DNA of 64,000 bases from a virus (taxonomy: Duplodnaviria > Caudoviricetes): the IMG/VR virus record IMGVR_UViG_3300037467_003067, positions 192,001 through 256,000 of that record; one strand, 5' to 3'. The position numbers were made by a program, and so were the translations under genes. Numbering within the stretch: the stretch's first letter is position 1; each line of letters starts with the position of its first letter. Of this stretch, positions 28,446 through 36,409 are shown one piece after another. The notes beneath the pieces were generated by a model. That model had not been told where the DNA came from, searched no databases, and was given only the letters and a program-made list of their open reading frames with translations.

Positions 28446-28736
28446 ATGGCGGGCTATATTGCGTGCTATGAACACAGCGACAACGCGACTAAGAACAAGG
28501 CGGCGGCGATGGTCAAGGTGACATGCCAGACCGATTTCGCTGCTAAAACTGAGGAGTTCGTCAGTTTTTGTCAGCGGATTGCCAAGCTGGCGTGTGGGTT
28601 CCAGATCGAGGACACCAAGGCGTTCCTCGAAATCATCGAAAACGATTTCGAGGATCTTGCTGCTGATCTTGATGCTTTAAGAACTGACCTCAAAGAAAAC
28701 ATTGAAATTGCCGCAATCCGGGTCATGAAACTTTGA
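28446..28736 (+). CDS. Minimal EF-Ts-like protein (96 aa)
   Basis: GYIACYEH..MVKVTCQTDFAAKTEEF..LKENIEI matches EF-Ts core. Confidence 0.78.
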   Translation: MAGYIACYEHSDNATKNKAAAMVKVTCQTDFAAKTEEFVSFCQRIAKLACGFQIEDTKAFLEIIENDFEDLAADLDALRTDLKENIEIAAIRVMKL

Positions 28737-28744
28737 AATTAATC

Positions 28745-28773
28745 TTGTAGCACATATCGATATGTGCTACAAT
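28745..28773 (+). promoter_or_regulatory. Palindromic promoter/operator
   Basis: 28-bp perfect palindrome that also reads TTGTAG-17 nt-TACAAT. Confidence 0.6.
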
Positions 28774-28789
28774 AATCAAATACAAAATT

Positions 28790-28885
28790 TCAACTCCGGA
28801 AGAAGCTGCTGAGGTATATGATAAAGCAGCACTGGAGAGATGGGGAGATAAAGCAGTGACTAATAAGTCCTTAGGGCTTTTATAA
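28790..28885 (+). pseudogene. AP2 DNA-binding domain remnant
   Basis: STPEEAAEVYDKAALERWGDKAVTN with no in-frame start after TAG at 28748. Confidence 0.55.
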
Positions 28886-28904
28886 TTTGCTGAATTAAAA
28901 TCAT

Positions 28905-28991
28905 AGTAGGAAGGCGAATGTTGGTTTGTCGCGACTAGTTGGAAGCTAGTTCCAGGTAACACTGGCAGCGGTTCAATTCCGCTTCCTACTG
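28905..28991 (+). tRNA. tRNA-Ser(GGA)
   Basis: AGTAGGA/TCCTACT G73, loop TTGGAAG, long variable arm. Confidence 0.88.
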
Positions 28992-28995
28992 CTAA

Positions 28996-29088
28996 ACCCG
29001 ATAGGCGAATCGTTGGATAGTCGCGCCCAATTAACCCTTGGGTCCGTCTGAAATTACGGCGGGGCATGTTCGACTCATGTATCGGGTG
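28996..29088 (+). tRNA. Ser-type tRNA body with AAC anticodon
   Basis: ACCCGAT/ATCGGGT G73, loop TTAACCC, long variable arm, T-loop TTCGACT. Confidence 0.72.
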
Positions 29089-29092
29089 TTAT

Positions 29093-29179
29093 GGGGGATA
29101 GGTGGATGTTGGTTTGCCTCACTTATTTCGAAAATAAGACCGTCTAATCGCGGCGCAAGTTCGATTCTTGTGTCCTCCG
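29093..29179 (+). tRNA. tRNA-Ser(CGA)
   Basis: GGGGGAT/GTCCTCC G73, loop TTCGAAA. Confidence 0.85.
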
Positions 29180-29218
29180 CTTAAAGATTTGCCCTAGGAC
29201 ATGGAGGTCCTTAAATAA

Positions 29219-29722
29219 ATGATTAGAATTGCCGGACATGAATTCGCCCTCGAACTCGTCAAGCACGAGTTTCTGAGTGCGCTCATCCTCAACGACCCTG
29301 GCGACGTCTATAGAACGGTGCGACAGATACGAAGTATCGCCAGAGGCTCTCTCTATCTGGAGTTCTTCGACTTAAGCGAGGAACGCAAGACTCACCGAGG
29401 TCCCATCGCTGAGGATGTGGTCCATGCGATCGAGTGGTACAAGAAGATTCAGCGTGCGACCTGGAATGATGTCGTTGTGACCTGTACAGCAGGAATTTCC
29501 CGTAGTGCTGCGATGGCGTTTGTGTTAGAATGTGTGGACAAGACGCCGCAGGAAGCATCTCAAGTCTGGAATCCCCGTCTTCACTATCCCAACAAATTGA
29601 TTGTCCGTTTAGGTGCTGAAATTCTCAGCAAGCCGGACATGATCAAGGTCTGTGATGAGTTCTGGGATGAGCGGCTTCGGAGGCGGGCATCGAAGGGGAA
29701 ACCTGCCAAGGTCGATGTTTGA
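29219..29722 (+). CDS. Protein tyrosine phosphatase-like (CX5R)
   Basis: CTAGISRS, PN motif. Confidence 0.82.
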   Translation: MIRIAGHEFALELVKHEFLSALILNDPGDVYRTVRQIRSIARGSLYLEFFDLSEERKTHRGPIAEDVVHAIEWYKKIQRATWNDVVVTCTAGISRSAAMAFVLECVDKTPQEASQVWNPRLHYPNKLIVRLGAEILSKPDMIKVCDEFWDERLRRRASKGKPAKVDV

Positions 29723-29804
29723 CATGTCTATCATATTTCAAACCGCCAGCGGGCATACAATAACTTTCAATGACCTAGGTAAATCGATATCAGGAGACGG
29801 TAAG

Positions 29805-30140
29805 ATGTCTGAAGGTTCAGAGAAGGTGATTAAGCAGGGTGATTGGGTCCGAATTCTTCGCAACACTGTGGGGGCGATTAGTCCGCACAATGAGGGACAG
29901 ACTGCGGTCCCTTACGAGGGAATCAGGGTAGCAAAGGTCGAAGCCCGAAGCGGCAGGAACGGAGATCGCGAGACGGTCCTCTATTATATGGTAGGGAGGT
30001 CTTCGAGCTATCTGCCCGAGAAGGACGTGGAGAGGATCGAGGACTGTATCTGTGCTGGACCGGTCAAGAACGTGCTTGGCTGTCGGTGTGGATACGAGAC
30101 CATGAAGAACCATAAGGTAAAGAAAGCTCAAGGAAACTGA
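29805..30140 (+). CDS. Hypothetical protein
   Basis: SD CAGGAG before ATG 29805; start uncertain. Confidence 0.55.
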   Translation: MSEGSEKVIKQGDWVRILRNTVGAISPHNEGQTAVPYEGIRVAKVEARSGRNGDRETVLYYMVGRSSSYLPEKDVERIEDCICAGPVKNVLGCRCGYETMKNHKVKKAQGN

Positions 30141-30141
30141 G

Positions 30142-30573
30142 ATGAAAATCGTCATCAACGAGAAAGACATCAAGCGGCAGACGTTTCGCGCCGGTGGGAA
30201 GGGCGGGCAGCACCAGAACAAGACCGAGTCAGCGGTCAGGTTGACCCATATCCCCACCGGCATCATCGCCGAGTCGCGGGGCGAGCGGTGCCAGCATAAG
30301 AACAAGGAAATTGCCCTGAAGCTTTTGCTGGGCAAGATCCATCGCTACTACGAGGAGCAGGCGAATCGGAGTCAGCAGGACCAGTATAACTCCAAGGCAG
30401 ATGCGGCGTTCGGACAGCAGGTAAGGTCATACGTGTTACACGGCAAGACCCAGCAGGTGACCGATCACCGGACCGGGCACAAGGAGATGAATCCGGACCA
30501 GGTCTTACGCGGTGAGATCGACGGGTTCATCGAGGCATTTTTGAGGAAACAAATAAATGAAGGACGAGGATAA
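30142..30573 (+). CDS. Truncated class I peptide release factor (GGQ domain, RF2-like C-terminus)
   Basis: FRAGGKGGQHQNKTESAVRLTHIPTG, FGQQVRSYVL, VTDHRTG. Confidence 0.9.
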   Translation: MKIVINEKDIKRQTFRAGGKGGQHQNKTESAVRLTHIPTGIIAESRGERCQHKNKEIALKLLLGKIHRYYEEQANRSQQDQYNSKADAAFGQQVRSYVLHGKTQQVTDHRTGHKEMNPDQVLRGEIDGFIEAFLRKQINEGRG

Positions 30574-30952
30574 GGAAACCTGGTCTGAATTTGTCCGTGG
30601 TTGTTTGGCATTTATCTGCTATTTTGGGATCATTGTAGTCGTGGGTACTTTTTACGAATTCTACTCCAGGGTCATGGGATTGATTTTCGGATATGGACCC
30701 GAAGTAATTGGTCGCAGTGCCAGTCGCAGTGTTCGGTACGATGCCGAGAAGGATGAAATGTCTTACGAGTGTGTATGTCATCGATATATACTCTATCGGG
30801 ATCGGCTAGGACGGGGGAGAATAGTCACGCAGATACTTAGTCCCTGGACGGATAAGGTCAAAGGTAAAACCACCCCTTATTTTCACCCGAGATTTGAAGA
30901 TGTTCAGCGATACACAGGCGAGACTCCCAAAGAAGTTGACGGGATGATATAG
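30557..30952 (+). CDS. Membrane hypothetical protein
   Basis: N-terminal TM. Confidence 0.5.
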   Translation: MKDEDKETWSEFVRGCLAFICYFGIIVVVGTFYEFYSRVMGLIFGYGPEVIGRSASRSVRYDAEKDEMSYECVCHRYILYRDRLGRGRIVTQILSPWTDKVKGKTTPYFHPRFEDVQRYTGETPKEVDGMI

Positions 30953-31036
30953 AATTTAGGACGAACTGCTGATGGGTTTGCATAGATAATTATGTAAATA
31001 ATAGCAGAGGCTATAACCATCAGTGGACGGATCTTT

Positions 31037-31327
31037 ATGAACATCAAAGTTAATTTACAGAAGCATGCGAAGTATGTCTACATTGCGGAGTGTGAGGGAT
31101 TGAAGGGTCACGCAATGGGTAGTGACCCTGAAGGCGCATTCTTGGCGATCGGTCATTTATTCCAGTTGATGCATGAGCAGGGCAAGGAATTGCCTTTCAA
31201 GATCGAGGAAGGTGTTGAATTGCGTCGGACTCGGGAAGAAACGAAAAGGCAATTGGTCAAAGAAAAGGAGAGCGAGATCGAGGCTGCCAAGCGGGTTCTG
31301 AGCGAGGCGGGATTCGATGTCGTCTAA
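31037..31327 (+). CDS. HicB-like protein
   Basis: YIAECEGLKGHAMGSDPEGA..GKELP pattern. Confidence 0.55.
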   Translation: MNIKVNLQKHAKYVYIAECEGLKGHAMGSDPEGAFLAIGHLFQLMHEQGKELPFKIEEGVELRRTREETKRQLVKEKESEIEAAKRVLSEAGFDVV

Positions 31328-31342
31328 CGTAGGATAAGTTTT

Positions 31343-31963
31343 GTGATAATCAAGGAAGATTATGTTTATCCACATATTGTGAAACCGGTTCGCGAGCGAT
31401 TTCGCTTATGCGGCGACAAGGACTGTTGGATAATCCGAATTGCCGATGATGAGTACGATATTTGTCGCGATCCGGTCATGTGGTCAAGCAGCAAGCCTGG
31501 GGAATATGGTCGAGGGATCATGAACAGCAGTGTCGATCCCAAGCGAGTCGAGCGGACGAGTCGGCTCGGGGAACTGGCATTTGCCAAGGTATTTCCCGGT
31601 CTTGGAATGAACATCCGCTACAAGAAGGGCGGGGACCGGTCCGATTTCCTGTTGGGGTGTTTCTCGGTTGACGTGAAAACGGCGGTCGAGAACAAGGGCG
31701 TGAACTGCATCCAGGTGGTCAATGATCGTGGGATCAGGACCGATCTGAAGTCGGACATCTATGTCGGTTCGTTCATTGAGAGGGACTTGAGGAATCACGG
31801 GTTCGCGGATGTGGTTTTGGTCGGCTGGACTTGGCGGGGTAGTCTTGAGGGGCTTCCCGACACTCGCGGGCGGCGGGGCAATTGGCTCAACAAGGAGATG
31901 ATGTTCGCTGATTTGAAGCCGATGGAAGGTCTCCATAAGGCACATAGGGCGCACATCGCTTGA
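31343..31963 (+). CDS. Putative PD-(D/E)XK nuclease
   Basis: GELAF..D..DF..VDVKT. Confidence 0.55.
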   Translation: MIIKEDYVYPHIVKPVRERFRLCGDKDCWIIRIADDEYDICRDPVMWSSSKPGEYGRGIMNSSVDPKRVERTSRLGELAFAKVFPGLGMNIRYKKGGDRSDFLLGCFSVDVKTAVENKGVNCIQVVNDRGIRTDLKSDIYVGSFIERDLRNHGFADVVLVGWTWRGSLEGLPDTRGRRGNWLNKEMMFADLKPMEGLHKAHRAHIA

Positions 31964-31976
31964 TTTCAGGTGAAAA

Positions 31977-32972
31977 ATGCGAGCTTTGATCGCGGGCGGT
32001 TCGGGGTTCATTGGATCGGAATTGATTGGTCTCATTTTGAAGGAGACTAATTGGGACGTAATCAACATCGACCTCCGAGAGCCGATTGAGGGGTCTCTGC
32101 TCGGGCAATTGGGCAACAACACTCGGTATTTCTTCGAGCAGACGAACATCTGCAGCAAGAAGCGGGTCGATGCGTTGTTCGAGAGGTATTGTCCGAATTT
32201 CGTCTTCAATCTCGCCACGGAGTCTACCGTCAGTGCCGAATTCAATGCTCGCCATTTTTTGCAGACAAATATCTACGGGACTCACGTGCTTCTGGAGAGT
32301 TCCCGCAACTATCTGATCAACGACCCTCCCGAGAAGTTTCGTTACCTCCAGGTTTCCACGGATGAGGTCTACGGAACTTCTCGGGACGACAGGGTCATCC
32401 GCGACTCCTATTCGTACCTTCCCGATCATCCTCTTTCGGCATCGCGTGCGGCGGCTGAGATGCTTTGCTCATCGTGGCACCGGTCGAGCGGCTTCCCGGC
32501 GATCATCACGCACGGCACGACGAATTACGGGAAGCGGCTGACGAGTGGATTCCTTTCGTTCGTGGTCGAGTCATTGATTGGTAGCGAGCAGGTCAAGATT
32601 TACGATGGCAAACAGGTTCGGGATTGGCTGCACGTCACCGACCATTGCCGGGGGTTGATACTCGCGGCGAAGTACGGAAAGCCGGGGAAGGTTTACAATT
32701 TCGGCAGCAATGAATCGTGGTCGAATTTTCAAATTGTAAATATGATCTGCGATATCTTGGATGAGATATTTCCCCGTAGACACGGGCATAAATCTTTGGT
32801 ACAATACATTGATGATGGGTTCGAGGGACGAGGGGTCAAGTTCGACATCAAGAAGACTTATGACGACCTGATCTGGATTCCTAATTATCGATTCATGCCG
32901 ACCTTGAGGCAGATGGTAGGACTATCTGTTCAGAGGAATTTTGAGGCGGCTGGGATCAAGGTAGCATCTTAA
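31977..32972 (+). CDS. RmlB/RfbB-like extended SDR, catalytic YxxxK altered
   Basis: GGSGFIG, STDEVYG, RDWLHV; LSASR in place of YSASK. Confidence 0.85.
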   Translation: MRALIAGGSGFIGSELIGLILKETNWDVINIDLREPIEGSLLGQLGNNTRYFFEQTNICSKKRVDALFERYCPNFVFNLATESTVSAEFNARHFLQTNIYGTHVLLESSRNYLINDPPEKFRYLQVSTDEVYGTSRDDRVIRDSYSYLPDHPLSASRAAAEMLCSSWHRSSGFPAIITHGTTNYGKRLTSGFLSFVVESLIGSEQVKIYDGKQVRDWLHVTDHCRGLILAAKYGKPGKVYNFGSNESWSNFQIVNMICDILDEIFPRRHGHKSLVQYIDDGFEGRGVKFDIKKTYDDLIWIPNYRFMPTLRQMVGLSVQRNFEAAGIKVAS

Positions 32973-32984
32973 AAGGGCAAGACG

Positions 32985-33200
32985 ATGAGTGTTGTAGTTT
33001 CTCTTCTGTTGGGTCTGGGGATCGTGTTTTTTCTGGTTTGGAACTTTGAGATCTATTGGGGCGATCATTGCGACTGCGAATGCCATTGTGACTGTTACGA
33101 CGTCGAAGAAGGTCACATTGAAGAGCATGTCGAGGAAGTGGTCAATGAGGATGGTTCCGTGACGACCATCGTGACTCGCACTGAGTATGTCGAAGAGTAA
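32985..33200 (+). CDS. Small membrane protein with Cys/His/acidic tail
   Basis: TM then HCDCECHCDC. Confidence 0.65.
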   Translation: MSVVVSLLLGLGIVFFLVWNFEIYWGDHCDCECHCDCYDVEEGHIEEHVEEVVNEDGSVTTIVTRTEYVEE

Positions 33201-33216
33201 GTAAAAAGGAAGTATA

Positions 33217-33543
33217 ATGTCAGTTATTTCGATTAACGAGAATGATTTCGAGCTTGAGGTTCTGAAGTCGGATTTGCCGGTCTTGCTGGACGTTTACACG
33301 CCTTATTGCGGACCGTGCCGGACGTTGGCTCCGGTCCTGGACAAGCTGGCAACGGAACTTTCAGATAAGGTCAAGATAGTGAAAATTGATGCTGCTGAGA
33401 ATCACGGCTTCGCTGCCGGTCATCGCATCAATTCGGTCCCGACTTTGATCGCATTTGTCAAGGGTGCCGAGGTGGCTCGGCGTACCGGGTTCTTGCCGGA
33501 ACCTAAACTCAAGGCATGGCTCAACGAAGTTGGGTTGGCATGA
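33217..33543 (+). CDS. trxA: Thioredoxin
   Basis: YCGPC, SVPTL. Confidence 0.92.
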   Translation: MSVISINENDFELEVLKSDLPVLLDVYTPYCGPCRTLAPVLDKLATELSDKVKIVKIDAAENHGFAAGHRINSVPTLIAFVKGAEVARRTGFLPEPKLKAWLNEVGLA

Positions 33544-33752
33544 AAGGCAAGTCGATGTTTCCTTTCCCGCGTTGGGTCGTTTATTTCGCAACCGGATTCC
33601 TCTTTCCGTTTTCGATCTTGGTCGCCTTGACGATCATCACCTGTAGTGTCCCGATGTTTCCGGATTTCGTGTATATGTGGGGTTGGGGGGCATTTGTTTG
33701 CGTGATCAGCGTCGTTGCTTCCCTGATCGGTCTTTACAACGACACAAATTGA
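33540..33752 (+). CDS. Small membrane protein
   Basis: Two TMs. Confidence 0.55.
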   Translation: MKGKSMFPFPRWVVYFATGFLFPFSILVALTIITCSVPMFPDFVYMWGWGAFVCVISVVASLIGLYNDTN

Positions 33753-33779
33753 GTTTTTAATTTAAAGGACAAGTTTTAA

Positions 33780-34820
33780 ATGAAGTTTTTCGCATCTCTC
33801 ATTATCGCGTTGGCGAGTGTTTCGGTCGCACATGCTCAGCACCATGGGGGCGGGCATCATGGCGGTGTTGGAGGCGGGGGGCATCCCGGTCATGTATCGC
33901 CCAATTTTGGCGGCGGGCATCATGGAGTCCAGCAGCAGTTCCAGCATCACCAGCAGTTCCAGCATCACCAGCAGTTCCAGCATCACCAGCAGTTCCAGCA
34001 TCAGCAAAATTTGAATTTTCAACGACAGCATCAGGCTCAGTTGAATATCCAGCGACAGCAACACATTCAGCGTCAACACAATCTCGGTATCCAGCACCAG
34101 CGGCAATCCCAACTGAATATTCAACGCCAGCACCAGCACAATCTCAACATTCAGCGACAGACTCAACTGAATATCCAGAGGCAAAGGACGGTGACGCGGC
34201 AGCACAATGCGACCGATTCGATCCGAAGCCAGCAGAATCGAATCCACCAGAGTTTGCTTCAACGTCAGCGTGCCATTGTAGGCGGGATTCATCGAGGGCA
34301 GAACGTCGCCGGATACCGCAACGCCTTGGTCAATCGTCACCGAGCATATATCAACAGGTATGCTTCAATCCATGTTCGCCCGCATCCGAGGGGACCGGTC
34401 TGTAACCTTGGTTACGTCTATGGCGGGAGGCACTACCGGAACTGGTGCTACGCTTACAATTGGACCGGATGGACCTCGTACCAATGGTATCCCGCCTACG
34501 GCTGCTACATCTACTGGTCCCCGGCGTCGAATTGCTGGTATCGCTGGTATGAGCAAGATGCGATCTTCGTCCCGTGCGATGAGTGGGTAGCGACGGCGAC
34601 TTCAGTCGAAGACACTTATCCACTGAGTGAGGTTCCTGAGGGCGATATCCAGGAGAATGACATCCAGATGACGGATGACACGATCTCCGAAGACGAAGAA
34701 GTGGAAGAAACCTCGTCGCAGGACACTTCGCCTGGACCTCAGATTCAACCAGCCCCTCCCGTTCCAGCCGTCCCTTCACCTGAATCGATTCCGGCACCCG
34801 CTGCTCCGGCGATTCCCTGA
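33780..34820 (+). CDS. Secreted Gln/His-rich repeat protein
   Basis: Signal peptide, QQFQHH and LNIQRQ repeats, Tyr/Trp-rich domain, acidic/Pro tail. Confidence 0.75.
   Translation: MKFFASLIIALASVSVAHAQHHGGGHHGGVGGGGHPGHVSPNFGGGHHGVQQQFQHHQQFQHHQQFQHHQQFQHQQNLNFQRQHQAQLNIQRQQHIQRQHNLGIQHQRQSQLNIQRQHQHNLNIQRQTQLNIQRQRTVTRQHNATDSIRSQQNRIHQSLLQRQRAIVGGIHRGQNVAGYRNALVNRHRAYINRYASIHVRPHPRGPVCNLGYVYGGRHYRNWCYAYNWTGWTSYQWYPAYGCYIYWSPASNCWYRWYEQDAIFVPCDEWVATATSVEDTYPLSEVPEGDIQENDIQMTDDTISEDEEVEETSSQDTSPGPQIQPAPPVPAVPSPESIPAPAAPAIP
33933..34004 (+). repeat. 18-bp coding tandem repeat x4
   Basis: CAGCAGTTCCAGCATCAC units. Confidence 0.9.
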
Positions 34821-34921
34821 ATTTAAATCCTAAATTTCAGACTAGACAACGCGAGGATTTGGGTGATAGAATGTAATCATCCAAGTCCTCATTTTCGTTT
34901 GATTGATCGGGAGAAACTACG

Positions 34922-35629
34922 ATGCGGAAGGACTTCGACAAGGTTTTGCGAGAGCCGGGACGGGCTGAGAAGGACGTTCGATCAAAATATGGTAGAAAAT
35001 CAAATCACTCGATCGAGGACCGAGAGGCTTTTCGACGTCGTGGTTTTTATGGGCAGAGCGGCGGGATGGTCAGGCTCCAGCCCAACTGCCGGTTCCTCCG
35101 GAAGAAGTGCGGACAGAAATGGGACGAGGTTTATGCCGAGATCTGCGAGGTGAATGACATCCGCTCCCATCCGAGACCGTACATCTTTGAATTCATTGAG
35201 AAGTACGTCGAGTTGAGTCCGCTCATTCTGGACGACGGCGTCTATGACGCCTCGGGGCGACTCAATATCTATGGCGGGAATATCCCTCATTTCTATGTCG
35301 ATGCCGAGGGGATTTTGCGGGTCGGCGAAGAGCCTCCTAGGCAGAAAAAGAAAGGGAAGCCCGAAGATTACGTCGTGCTGGACGAATACCACCAGTATCA
35401 TCAGGTCAAAGGCATTTGGTATTTGGTGACCTTCGCGCCGTGGCAAGGCGGCAAACCAATTGATATTCTCACAGGAAATCAACTCGTCAACGACAGTGGA
35501 TTGATCGGACGCTACGGAGCGAGGATCTACGCGATTGCCAAGCGCCAGGCGAACAAGAAGGAAGTCAAGTGGATCAAGCGAAAGCTCGATGAGAAATTGC
35601 GACGGACCGAGGAAGTGAACGCGGAATAA
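34922..35629 (+). CDS. Hypothetical protein
   Basis: Long ORF with SD, upstream TAGACA-18-TAGAAT. Confidence 0.7.
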   Translation: MRKDFDKVLREPGRAEKDVRSKYGRKSNHSIEDREAFRRRGFYGQSGGMVRLQPNCRFLRKKCGQKWDEVYAEICEVNDIRSHPRPYIFEFIEKYVELSPLILDDGVYDASGRLNIYGGNIPHFYVDAEGILRVGEEPPRQKKKGKPEDYVVLDEYHQYHQVKGIWYLVTFAPWQGGKPIDILTGNQLVNDSGLIGRYGARIYAIAKRQANKKEVKWIKRKLDEKLRRTEEVNAE

Positions 35630-35672
35630 CGAAGAGATGATTTTTACCGCCTAAAACGTTCCGAAATTAAGG

Positions 35673-35701
35673 TTGCCATACAGGTCCTTTTGCGGTATAC
35701 T
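35673..35701 (+). promoter_or_regulatory. sigma70-like promoter
   Basis: TTGCCA-17 nt-TATACT. Confidence 0.6.
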
Positions 35702-35751
35702 GATCCTATCAATACAAGTGTTTGATCGGATCTAAACGTCTTCTCGCAGGG

Positions 35752-36258
35752 ATGGATTTCATGGACGAAAACTTTCGCCGCAAGGCTTCGCGGGTCGTCA
35801 AGCTAGCCGTGATCGGTACTCCTTTGTTCTTCGGGGGTTGCTACGGAGTTTCTGACACGGTGGTTATCGAACGCCGTGCTGCCGACCGAGTCGAAGTGGT
35901 CGAGGTCGCTCGACCTGGCTATCACTACAGCTACTTCTACGGCGGGTATGTTCCCATTTACGTGCCGCTTGGCGGGTACGTGGGACCGGGGTACTACTCC
36001 AGCGGTTATCGCCCGCCTCGCACGGTTGTCAACAATTACATCAGCACACACCGCACGAGCGTGGTCCGTCAACCGACCACGAGGACGACGACCACCACGA
36101 CGACCACTCGTCCTGCTGCGACCACCACTTCTCGCCCAACAACCACGGTCACTTCCTCGCGAACCTCTGTCTCCAGTGGTTCGACCCGAGCGACGACTTC
36201 GGTCCGGACGGGCGGTTTCGGTGCGACTGGTCGCGGTAGTTTCCACGTCGGCGGCTGA
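35752..36258 (+). CDS. YgiB/DUF1190-like lipoprotein
   Basis: Lipobox-like FGGC, C-terminal VRTGGFGATG, upstream of GspS-like gene. Confidence 0.65.
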   Translation: MDFMDENFRRKASRVVKLAVIGTPLFFGGCYGVSDTVVIERRAADRVEVVEVARPGYHYSYFYGGYVPIYVPLGGYVGPGYYSSGYRPPRTVVNNYISTHRTSVVRQPTTRTTTTTTTTRPAATTTSRPTTTVTSSRTSVSSGSTRATTSVRTGGFGATGRGSFHVGG

Positions 36259-36409
36259 CATTAAGGGAAATCATGAGGGTCAACGATGACCCTCGTGATA
36301 ACCACAGCGACGTGGTCCGAGACGAAGTCGTCTCATCATAATCTAAATCAAAACGTGAACTTGAACTTGAACGTCAGCGAAACATTTGCCTCCTGTAGGA
36401 CCAATTTCC

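Noticed and set aside
23834-29067. ORFs overlapping tRNAs (23834-24025, 25347-25544, 28723-29067 and the 5' extension of 28338)
   Set aside because: Explained by tRNA cloverleaves.
31037-31327. Complete HicAB toxin-antitoxin module
   Set aside because: No adjacent HicA-like ORF, and the HicB call itself is moderate.
33933-34170. CRISPR array
   Set aside because: Repeats are in-frame, spacer-less and coding; no repeat-spacer array was seen in the window.
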